Below are positions 38,758 to 46,843 of a DNA stretch of 64,000 bases, piece by piece. The position numbers were made by a program, and so were the translations under genes. Origin of the DNA: an uncultured Verrucomicrobiae bacterium (GTDB lineage Bacteria > Verrucomicrobiota > Verrucomicrobiia > Limisphaerales > Palsa-1400); the NCBI GenBank assembly GCA_963702845.1, contig OY969763.1, forward strand, positions 2,720,001 through 2,784,000, written 5' to 3'. The first letter of the stretch is position 1. Each line of letters begins with the position of its first letter. The notes beneath the pieces are model-generated. The model was not told the DNA's origin, did not search any database, and saw only the letters and a program-made list of their open reading frames with translations.

Positions 38758-40257
38758 TTAATAGCCGACGGTGATTTCCAGGGGTTGATGTTTTTGTTTC
38801 GTGGCGCGCACGGCCAGCGACAGGGACCAGAAGCGGTCGGAGTGGCCGGATTCGCTGTGGTCGGCGGTGAAGCGGGTGTTGCCGCTGCTGGTGGGTTCTT
38901 TTCTAATCGCGCGGAGGTCGGCGCGGATTTCTGGAGAGCTCGGGATTTTTATGGTGCGGTCTTCGAAGGCCATGCGCACGGGATAGGCGAGCTCTTCTTT
39001 CATGGCCTGGGTGAAGGTGATGCCTTCAACTTTGTATTTACCGAATTTTTGTTGGGCGCGTTTGGTGAATTGACGACCGATGCCGGTTTGGTCGATGCAG
39101 CAGCGTTTGACGATGGGGAGGGCTAAGAGTTCGTAGAGGGCGGCTTCTTGTGCTTCGAAGGGTTCTTTTTCGAAAACCTGGATCGCGGCGGTGTGATAGG
39201 TGCTGCCGCGTTTGTCGAGGACCCAGATGACGGTGAGGTCTTTGTCGCGGCCGATGTCGACGCCGATGTAGAGTTCGGAGTCTTTGGAGAGGAGGGAGGG
39301 ATCGCAGGACCAGGATGAGGATTGCGAATTGGGGATTTCGGATTGCGGATTGGAAATATCAGAGGAGGCGGAATGGGAATCATGGGAAGAATGGGAATTA
39401 TGTGGGTATTCGGCGGCGGTGATTAGGTCGTAGCTGAGGAAGGCGCTAGCTTCGTCGGCGGAGATGCACATGTATTCCTGGTTGAAGGTTTCTACGTCGA
39501 TGGCGTCGCGACGTTTGAAGTCGAAGTATTCGGCTTCGTCCATTTGTTGGACGAAATGGTTTTCGGGCAGCGCACACTGAATTTTGAAGAGGCCGCCCTG
39601 GTCGAGAAATCGTTGGAGGGTGATTTTGTGGTAGCTGAATTTTTTCGGGTTGCCGTTGTGTTCGATGTCCATTTGCATCCGATGGAACAACGTGCTGGAA
39701 CCGCGTGGGGTGGAGAATATTTCGATGTCGCCGCCCCAATCGCCGCCGGGCATGGCGATGGAAATGAGTTTCTCCTGCTGTTCGTGGAGAGCCAATTCGT
39801 CGATGATGCGGCTGCCGCGTTTGCCGGCTTGAGCGTCGGGATTTGAAGATAAGGAGTGGATGCGGTTGCCGTTGGCGAAGGTGACGCAGTCTTGGGTGAC
39901 GGATTTGATTAAATTTTTTCCGAAGTTGCCGGCGGAGAGGATGCGATCCCATTTTTCGACGTCTTCGAGGAGGAGGCATGCTTGTTTGGCGTCGCGGCTG
40001 GTGGCCCATGTGTCGCGCCCGGGATTGCCGAAGGCGAGGATGAGGTAGCTGCGAAGGGTGGTGATGTCGGACCAGCCGAACTGACGGCCTTTGACGCAGA
40101 ATTTGCGCGGGGAGGTGTCGTTTATCCAAGCGGCCTGATTGGGAAGTAAATAATGGGCGGGCCGGATTTTCGCTTTGCCGATGTGTTTAGTAGCGGCCTG
40201 TGCGGCGATGGTGTCGAGGTAGTCGTAGAGTGAAGTGATTTGTGAATTGGTTTGCAT
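38758..40257 (-). CDS. Terminase large subunit-like protein (Mu gp28 type)
   Basis: Walker A-like KGRQFGWS, Walker B IIDELA, motif III FSTPRG, FNQEYMC, RNase H-like YIGVDIGRDKDLT, IDQTGIG, HSDRFWSLSLA. Confidence 0.88.
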   Translation of the reverse strand: MQTNSQITSLYDYLDTIAAQAATKHIGKAKIRPAHYLLPNQAAWINDTSPRKFCVKGRQFGWSDITTLRSYLILAFGNPGRDTWATSRDAKQACLLLEDVEKWDRILSAGNFGKNLIKSVTQDCVTFANGNRIHSLSSNPDAQAGKRGSRIIDELALHEQQEKLISIAMPGGDWGGDIEIFSTPRGSSTLFHRMQMDIEHNGNPKKFSYHKITLQRFLDQGGLFKIQCALPENHFVQQMDEAEYFDFKRRDAIDVETFNQEYMCISADEASAFLSYDLITAAEYPHNSHSSHDSHSASSDISNPQSEIPNSQSSSWSCDPSLLSKDSELYIGVDIGRDKDLTVIWVLDKRGSTYHTAAIQVFEKEPFEAQEAALYELLALPIVKRCCIDQTGIGRQFTKRAQQKFGKYKVEGITFTQAMKEELAYPVRMAFEDRTIKIPSSPEIRADLRAIRKEPTSSGNTRFTADHSESGHSDRFWSLSLAVRATKQKHQPLEITVGY

Positions 40258-40300
40258 AACATCTTTTGGTTTTGGTTGAAAAAAGTTGAAATGGCTGAAC

Positions 40301-41080
40301 TTAGGTTGAACGGCTTTCGGTGCGAGCCGGAGCCAACCATGAGTCCGGCAGGTTGAGGGACGCTTTCACCGCCTGGCGTCCGAATTCGGTTGGGCCGGCC
40401 TCGGCGTCTCCGCGAAGTTTCTCGCGCAGCAGTTTGATGCGGTCGTCGCGTTGGCGATCCAAGGAACGAGTGTGAGTGGCGCGGACGAATTTGAAAAATT
40501 CCAGAGGATCTTTCTGTAATTCTTGTTTGAGAACAATGGGATCGAAGTCGCGCATGATTTGAGCCATGTGCAGGTCGATCAAGCGGCCGTTAACGTAGTT
40601 GGCGCGGTTTTGGCCATTGGCGTCGAGATGGCGAAAGTATTGGTCGGTTTCATCCATCCTAAGTCTGAGGCACTGGAAGCGTTCACGTTCTTCCAACCAA
40701 AGTTTGTAGCCTGATTGTTTCCACATGGAGAGGTTGTTTGATGCGATGCCGGGGTGGCCTTTTTCGGTGACGGATTGGATGATGTTTTTGTACGGGACGT
40801 TGTCGTGCAGGGATTCGTTGATGAAGTCGCGGATGGCGGTGGGGAGCTCGCTGATTTTGCTGCGGTGCGGGCGGTGGCGATGTTTTGGTTTGGGCGCGGT
40901 GGCGGAAGTTGATGGCGATGGCGTGGGTTCAGCCGTCCCTTCGGGACTTATATCGTTCTTCGCTTCACCCCGGCACTCAAGTGCCGGACTAGGTTCAGTT
41001 GTGCCTTCGGCACACAAGATGGTGGCGGCGATTGTTGATTCAGTGTTTGTCGGTTCGGCGGTTGTTGTTTCGGTGTTCAT
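40301..41080 (-). CDS. DUF3486 / Mu gp27-like small terminase-like protein
   Basis: RSKISELPTAIRDFINESLHDNVPYKNII...ISxxxW-type HTH-like segment, directly upstream of the large subunit. Confidence 0.6.
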   Translation of the reverse strand: MNTETTTAEPTNTESTIAATILCAEGTTEPSPALECRGEAKNDISPEGTAEPTPSPSTSATAPKPKHRHRPHRSKISELPTAIRDFINESLHDNVPYKNIIQSVTEKGHPGIASNNLSMWKQSGYKLWLEERERFQCLRLRMDETDQYFRHLDANGQNRANYVNGRLIDLHMAQIMRDFDPIVLKQELQKDPLEFFKFVRATHTRSLDRQRDDRIKLLREKLRGDAEAGPTEFGRQAVKASLNLPDSWLAPARTESRST

Positions 41081-41319
41081 ATATCTACTTTTTGAGGATG
41101 AGTGTAACAACGTCACTTGGACAAAGGCTGTCCAAGTGAAAATATTTGTGCAGAAAGTTTGCGAGGGGTGGGAATGGTCCCAATTTGTTTATTAGGAGGA
41201 GGTTGCGCGTATTGTTTTGTCTGAGGGGATGGGAGAAGAGGATTTTTGAGCCTCCGATAACGGAACAAATTGTTTTGGCGCACGCTGCCGCGAGCTACGT
41301 CGGCTGCTACGAGGTTTTA

Positions 41320-41348
41320 TTGACAGTGCTAAAATCGAGGCATACGGT
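41320..41348 (+). promoter_or_regulatory. Candidate cassette promoter (Pc-like)
   Basis: TTGACA-17 nt-TACGGT. Confidence 0.55.
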
Positions 41349-41359
41349 GGGGCTACTGA

Positions 41360-41387
41360 TGAAAGTCGGAAAGTATTCCGACTTTCA
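41360..41387. repeat. Perfect 12-bp palindrome upstream of the attI-like site
   Basis: TGAAAGTCGGAA-agta-TTCCGACTTTCA. Confidence 0.8.
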
Positions 41388-41419
41388 CGTTCACTTATGA
41401 GATTAGGCGGAAAGAAGCA

Positions 41420-41441
41420 GTATATAATAATATAGTTCGGC
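41420..41441 (+). mobile_element. Integron attI-like crossover site
   Basis: AT-rich GTATATAATAATATA followed by GTTCGGC. GTTCGGCTACG matches the reverse complement of CGTGGCCTAAC, the downstream attC R'' end, at 9 of 11 positions. Confidence 0.55.
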
Positions 41442-41452
41442 TACGTGAATCC

Positions 41453-41782
41453 ATGCAGTCTATTGACATTTATATGTATGGCTCGCTCAAGGAGCGTTTC
41501 ACGCAACGGTATCGTGATAGGCTGGGCGAGCTATTAGCGGCGCAGTTGGAGGCTGCCACCGGATTCTCAATAGACAGCAAGCGATTTTTCATCTTTGCGG
41601 TTGGTGACGACTTACAGATTCCAGAACCTGCAGTATTTATTTTGGAAGGAGACCTTATCGGCTCAGACAATTTCTTAGTCGAGGCAGAGATCACTTGGCG
41701 GGAAGGAGAAGACATGCCCATCGAGGCTCGATGGTCTCGGCTAAATGTCCGCGAATTGCGTGAGAGATATGGTGGGCTTTAG
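41453..41782 (+). CDS. Hypothetical protein (gene cassette 1)
   Basis: 109-aa ORF filling the space between the attI-like site and attC. Confidence 0.65.
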   Translation: MQSIDIYMYGSLKERFTQRYRDRLGELLAAQLEAATGFSIDSKRFFIFAVGDDLQIPEPAVFILEGDLIGSDNFLVEAEITWREGEDMPIEARWSRLNVRELRERYGGL

Positions 41783-41814
41783 CATATTACCCGACTCGTT
41801 ACTTTGAACCCGTG

Positions 41815-41913
41815 GCCTAACCAGAGCGCTGCAGCGGATCCCGACTCTGAGTTGGGACTGCATTTACAATTCTTTAGTCAGTGGCCCGCCGCCGCTGAGG
41901 TTATGTGTCAGCT
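41815..41913 (+). mobile_element. Integron attC site with degenerate R'
   Basis: R'' GCCTAAC. L'' GCTGCAGCGG pairs with L' CCGCTGAG with one extrahelical base. The R' position reads GTCAGCT. Confidence 0.7.
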
Positions 41914-41922
41914 CTTACCTAC

Positions 41923-42252
41923 ATGACGAACGAAGAAAACAAAAAAGTCGAGCGGTGGCATCTTAGACTTGGGCGCGCGAAGTTCCTCCGCCCGGGAATT
42001 TTAATTTTTATGGGCTGCGTTTATGCGTTCGTCTACCTAGCGGTTGCCGGTATGATGTTTGTTCTCGACTGGATCGTTCCGCACCTGCCTTGGATTGAAA
42101 AGCCATATGTCAGTCCAGATCCTCCACCGTTGGTTACTGCTTCCTATTGCGCCAACTTCATTCTAGGAATGATGATTATTGGAGCACTGGTCATTTATTT
42201 TGCAGGACCGGAGCGCCAGATCAAACCGCTATGGCCGAAAAAGAAGATTTAA
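41923..42252 (+). CDS. Hypothetical two-TM membrane protein (cassette 2, no attC seen)
   Basis: Starts 10 nt after R'. Two hydrophobic helices. Confidence 0.65.
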   Translation: MTNEENKKVERWHLRLGRAKFLRPGILIFMGCVYAFVYLAVAGMMFVLDWIVPHLPWIEKPYVSPDPPPLVTASYCANFILGMMIIGALVIYFAGPERQIKPLWPKKKI

Positions 42253-42347
42253 AGAACCTCCCACAAACTGAAGAGACAGATTTTTCACCGTCTCCTCACC
42301 TCCCGAGCCTCTCAATTCAAAACAGCATGTTCGAGGATGAAGGTGTG

Positions 42348-42474
42348 TTGGTTTTTCGGCGGCGCGGCGGTTCACGTTAAGGAGAAATCGATCGGTTTGC
42401 GCCGCGCCGCCGAAAAACCAATAAATCAACGGGTAATGGTCGGGTTCTATAGACATGTCACTCCTACGGAGTTT
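42348..42474. repeat. MITE/REP-like element and probable terminator
   Basis: Perfect 22-bp inverted repeat TTGGTTTTTCGGCGGCGCGGCG (42348-42369 / 42400-42421) plus an ACTCC-tac-GGAGT hairpin. Confidence 0.7.
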
Positions 42475-42538
42475 CACGCATATGATTCGCGAGCAGGCAC
42501 TCGTAGTAATTTCCTTCGATACGCTTCGCAAAGAACAC

Positions 42539-44068
42539 TCAATACGCGCTGGCGAAGTGGCGATGTTTTGGAAAAACCGGGCGGAGATTTGTTGAAAGAC
42601 TGTCCTGCAATTCCTGCAATTCTTCGTAAACAGCCACGGCCTTTTTATTCGGCGTTGCCGTTTCGCTCTCGTTGAGTTGCACGAACTCGTCGGTGATTTG
42701 ATTGATTCCAACTTTTTCACCGCGCTGCAATCGCCAGGACCAGAGGGCTTGTAAGGCTGCGCCAAAGGCGGCGCCTTCGGCTACTTTGATGGTGACGACT
42801 TCGGCGTTGAATACATTCGCCATGATTTGACGCCAGAGTTTTGATTTTGCGCCGCCGCCGGTGGCGCGGATTTGTTTGGGCTTGAGGCCAAGTTCGCGTA
42901 GGCGTTGCAGGCCGTAGTTCATGCCGAGGGTAACGCCTTCCATGGCGGCGCGGGCGAAGTGGGGTGCGGTGAATGTTTTTGGGGTTGCGCCGAACCAGAC
43001 GCCGGTGCCGTCGGGAATGTTTGGGGTGCGTTCGCCTTCAAGATATGGGAGCAGCAGCAGACCGTTGCAGCCGGCTGGGGCTTTGGCGGCTTCGGCTTCG
43101 AATTGCGCGTGGGTCATTCCGAAATCGTTGCGGACCATTTCGGTCGCGACGGTCACGTTCATGGTGCAGAGCAACGGGAGCCATCTGTTGGTCGAATCGC
43201 AGAACGCCGCGATTTCGCCTTTGGGATCGATGACTGGTTTGTCGGCACAGGCGTAGATTGTGCCGCTGGTGCCGAAGCTCGCGGTGACTGTGCCTGGACG
43301 TGTGTTGCCGGTGCCGATGGCGCCCATCATGTTGTCGCCGCCACCGGCGCTGACGAGAACGCCGGGTTTTAATCCGAGCGCGCGCGCTGTGCTCGCTTGG
43401 AGCAGGCCGGCGGGTTGATCACTGCCAGCCAGTGGGGGAAGTTTGGCGGCGAGATCGCGATCAATCGCGCGCAACACGGCTTCGGACCATTTGCGCGTTT
43501 TCACATTGAGCAACGCGGTGCCGCTGGCGTCGCCGTATTCCATTTTCTTTTCGCCGGTGAGCCAGAAATTCAAGTAGTCGTGCGGCAACAAAATACTGGC
43601 GAGTCGCGCAAAGTTTTTTGGTTCATGCTTTTTGAGCCAGAGAATTTTTGAAGCGGTGAACCCGGGCAAGACGGCGTTGCCAATTTCGCGAATGGTCGAT
43701 TTGAGTCCACCCAGTTTTGCCATGATTTCGTCGCATTCCTTAGCCGTCGAGGTGTCGCACCAAAGTTTGGCTGGGCGAATGACTTTGCCGGCCTTGTCCA
43801 GCGGAACAAAGCCGTGTTGCTGACCGCTGACGCCAATGGCGACGACTTCGTCACCGCTGGCTTTGGCTTCTTTGAGAGAGGCTTTGATCGCTTTTGAAGT
43901 GGCCGAGACCCACGTGGCTGGATGTTGTTCTTTAGCGCCCGGAGAGAGATTGGGGATTAAGCCGTAGGCCTGAGCGCCGGCACCGAGCACTTTTCCATTG
44001 CGCGCATCAACGACTAAAGCCTTGGTGGATTGAGTCCCACTATCAATTCCCAGCAGCAATGTTCTCAT
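42539..44068 (-). CDS. xylB: Xylulokinase
   Basis: LGIDSGTQSTK, VSGQQHG, KLWCDT, GGGDN, GTSG, LEGERTP, ATGGGAKS. Confidence 0.92.
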   Translation of the reverse strand: MRTLLLGIDSGTQSTKALVVDARNGKVLGAGAQAYGLIPNLSPGAKEQHPATWVSATSKAIKASLKEAKASGDEVVAIGVSGQQHGFVPLDKAGKVIRPAKLWCDTSTAKECDEIMAKLGGLKSTIREIGNAVLPGFTASKILWLKKHEPKNFARLASILLPHDYLNFWLTGEKKMEYGDASGTALLNVKTRKWSEAVLRAIDRDLAAKLPPLAGSDQPAGLLQASTARALGLKPGVLVSAGGGDNMMGAIGTGNTRPGTVTASFGTSGTIYACADKPVIDPKGEIAAFCDSTNRWLPLLCTMNVTVATEMVRNDFGMTHAQFEAEAAKAPAGCNGLLLLPYLEGERTPNIPDGTGVWFGATPKTFTAPHFARAAMEGVTLGMNYGLQRLRELGLKPKQIRATGGGAKSKLWRQIMANVFNAEVVTIKVAEGAAFGAALQALWSWRLQRGEKVGINQITDEFVQLNESETATPNKKAVAVYEELQELQDSLSTNLRPVFPKHRHFASAY

Positions 44069-44142
44069 ATCTGCAATTGATACCAACCGAGGCAAAAAGG
44101 CGCAAACTTTGACTGGCATTTGTTATGCTTGGCATATCAGGC

Positions 44143-44553
44143 ATGAAAAGGTTCCTCCTCATCGTGGGCGCTGTCGCCATGATTACCGGTTGCGGCTGGG
44201 CTGTGCAGGCCTGGACCGCATTTCAACGAAACGCTAATACCGGTCGTTTCAACGAGGAAATAGACAATTTGTTCTATGCCCTCCAACAATACAAAGAGCA
44301 CATCGGCTCTTACCCAATGGGTAGCAATGGCGAAATCGCTAAATCCCTCATGGGCAACAATCCCAAGAACATGATCATCCTCATCGGCCGCAAACAGCCG
44401 GTGAATTCCAAAGGCGAATTGGTCGATCCCTGGGGAACTCCGCTGCGGATTTATTTCGCCGGCGAAGGCGTTCTCATCCGTTCGGCTGGCCCGAATAAGC
44501 GTTTTGATGACAGCACGGCAGTCACATCTGATGACTACTATCGCTCGAATTAA
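44143..44553 (+). CDS. GspG C-terminal-like pseudopilin domain protein
   Basis: ALQQYKEHIGSYP, DPWGTP, IRSAGPN...DD. Confidence 0.65.
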   Translation: MKRFLLIVGAVAMITGCGWAVQAWTAFQRNANTGRFNEEIDNLFYALQQYKEHIGSYPMGSNGEIAKSLMGNNPKNMIILIGRKQPVNSKGELVDPWGTPLRIYFAGEGVLIRSAGPNKRFDDSTAVTSDDYYRSN

Positions 44554-45786
44554 TTAATTCAAGGTTGCGGCTTCGGATTTCGGCAGTTCGATCCAGAAGG
44601 TGCTGCCCTGTCCCGCTGCCGAATCGAAGCCGACCTGACCGCGCATGCGCTCGACACCTTTTTTGACGATGGTGAGATATTCGCGATCGGATCCGGCGAA
44701 AATAAACTGATGTTCTTCGGGCGCGATTCCGAGGCCGTTGTCGTGGACCCAAAGGCGAACAGCGTTGCCGGTCACGCAGCCGCCAATGCGAATGCGCGGG
44801 CGCGAACCTTGCGGACAGAACGTCAATGCGTTCGAAATTAAGTTTTTCAGGACCTGTTCGATGACGGACGCATTCGCAAATATGAAGGGCAAGTTCGCCT
44901 GTATCGTTACTTCCGCCTCTTGCGCTTGGATTTCAGCGCGCATCATGTGTACGGCTGCTTTCGTAACACTGTTTAAATCGAGAATGGCGCAGGTTAATTC
45001 CTCGTGAACAACAGGCGCCGATACAGGCTCAGGTTCAGGCGCACTTTTCACCGGGCGCGGTTTTGGTTCTTTCGGGACGGTCGTGAGTTGTTTTTCGATT
45101 TTGTCCACCTTGGTCGAAAGCTTGTCGACCTTTCGGTTCAGCAGGCGAAATTCGTCGGGCATGATTTCCTGCGGTTCGGGCGCTGACTCAGTGCCGGGCG
45201 GCACGAGGGGAAACAGCGGTTCGGCTTCGATGGCTTTGATCGCGAGCAGGCGCTGTAGCCAGAGGGCGAAAACCAGCGTTAGCACAAATAGCATCGCAGC
45301 AACGCTCACGAACATTGCCGGTTGATTGACCAGACCAGCTAAATACGACGATGACTCCATACATACTAAAACGTGGCCGACGATTTGCCCGCCGCTGGTA
45401 ACCAATCGAAACAAATACAGGGACTGGCCATGGAAGGCATAAGAGTCGACGTCGGGGATGGGAAACTGAAAGTCTCCAGTGCGACTGAACTTCGCGAAGA
45501 CCGTGCCATCGCGAGTATAGATACACGCCGCTTGCATCTGCGGATTTAATTGGCTTCCGAGCAGAACGGTTTGTGCCGACGCCATGTCGTTGGATTGCAG
45601 TGCAACTTGCGCTCGACGCGCGATGATGTCGGCCTCGATCGAGGCGCTTTGAATGGTTCGTTGTTCGGTGGTAAGCGTTCGATACGCGCCGAAAGCAATT
45701 ACGACTAGGCCCAACGCGAAAATACTGGCGAACAAAGCGACGGTGGTCACTTTGCGGCGGGTTGGAATTTCAAAATATGGTCCCAC
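44554..45786 (-). CDS. Membrane sensor with degenerate HATPase_c (pseudokinase)
   Basis: Two TM helices around a periplasmic domain, N-box NLISNA and G1 DNGLGI present. No H-box and no G2 box. Confidence 0.7.
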   Translation of the reverse strand: MGPYFEIPTRRKVTTVALFASIFALGLVVIAFGAYRTLTTEQRTIQSASIEADIIARRAQVALQSNDMASAQTVLLGSQLNPQMQAACIYTRDGTVFAKFSRTGDFQFPIPDVDSYAFHGQSLYLFRLVTSGGQIVGHVLVCMESSSYLAGLVNQPAMFVSVAAMLFVLTLVFALWLQRLLAIKAIEAEPLFPLVPPGTESAPEPQEIMPDEFRLLNRKVDKLSTKVDKIEKQLTTVPKEPKPRPVKSAPEPEPVSAPVVHEELTCAILDLNSVTKAAVHMMRAEIQAQEAEVTIQANLPFIFANASVIEQVLKNLISNALTFCPQGSRPRIRIGGCVTGNAVRLWVHDNGLGIAPEEHQFIFAGSDREYLTIVKKGVERMRGQVGFDSAAGQGSTFWIELPKSEAATLN

Positions 45787-45836
45787 AGCTCTGCGCGCTT
45801 GCAGCGCGGGCGAAGACTATATCATTCCAAATTTTT

Positions 45837-46316
45837 TTACCACTTCCCTAAAGAGACGGGCGACGAAAGGCGGTTGCGCAGTTTGACCCACGTAGTATCA
45901 CCTGTATCACCTTCCGGCGTCGCATCCTCTTGCCAGAGGAGCTTATGAACGCGGCGGATCAGAGATTCGGGCGTGAACGGCTTTTGAAAAATATCGGCTG
46001 CTCCAATGAATTTGCGCTTCTGGTGCATCGATTTCTCGTCCGCGACGCCACTGATCAAAAGCAGCTTCGGGCGGGGCACAGTTTTTTGTGGATCGTCTGG
46101 GTGCACGCCGAGGCAAAGGTAAAGTGTATCGCCGTTCATGCCTGGCATAAGCAGGTCTGAAATTATCAGGTCGTAAGGCTTTTTGCTGGCGCGTTCGAAC
46201 GCATCATAAGCGCTCGTCGTCGCCTCAACATCGTACAATCGTGTACTTTGAAGGGTCGATAAAATGCTCTCCGCGATGAGCACCTCGTCATCGACCACCA
46301 AAATTGTCTTCTTCAT
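45837..46316 (-). CDS. Single-domain response regulator
   Basis: ILVVDDE, IISDLLMPGMNG, LISG, QKPF. Confidence 0.88.
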   Translation of the reverse strand: MKKTILVVDDEVLIAESILSTLQSTRLYDVEATTSAYDAFERASKKPYDLIISDLLMPGMNGDTLYLCLGVHPDDPQKTVPRPKLLLISGVADEKSMHQKRKFIGAADIFQKPFTPESLIRRVHKLLWQEDATPEGDTGDTTWVKLRNRLSSPVSLGKW

Positions 46317-46515
46317 TCGGCGACATTAGACGCACATGGGTTCAGTCAAACAGATAGGAGCAGCGCGTGAAACGCTGTAGGATGAACGCACGATCAGCCG
46401 TCGGATTTTGTCCGACAATACGTGCGCAATCGGCACTTTCCACGAGAGTGGGTCAGCTTTTTGTGGTGCTCGCGTCAAGGTTGCAAGCGCATGAGACGAA
46501 ATGGATTATTTTCAA

Positions 46516-46707
46516 ATGCCTGCTAAATCCAAAAAGCAACAGATGGCGGCCGGTGCGGCTTTGGCCGCGAAACGTGGAAAGAGAAGCAAACAAGCGCTGA
46601 AGGGCGCCTCACGCGGGATGGCTCAATCTATGAGCGCGGCCGAATTGCGGAAGCTCGCGAAGACCAAGCGCAGCAAACTGCCGACGAAGAAGCGCTCCCG
46701 TAGGTAA
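46516..46707 (+). CDS. DUF3008 family small basic protein
   Basis: MPAKSKKQQMAAGAALAAKRG...LKGAS...MS..EL. Confidence 0.85.
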   Translation: MPAKSKKQQMAAGAALAAKRGKRSKQALKGASRGMAQSMSAAELRKLAKTKRSKLPTKKRSRR

Positions 46708-46843
46708 GCCAACCGGTTTGCTCTCAATACAAGAAACGTCACGACTGCCGAGACGATGAAGGCATCCTCTCGTCGTTGTCGTTTTGCGCCCACGACGTTT
46801 TTGGCGTTGTCGCACCGCACATTTTTGCTGCTATGTTATTCGC

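Noticed and set aside
38758..42252. Intact prophage
   Set aside because: No portal, capsid, tail, lysis, integrase or transposase genes.
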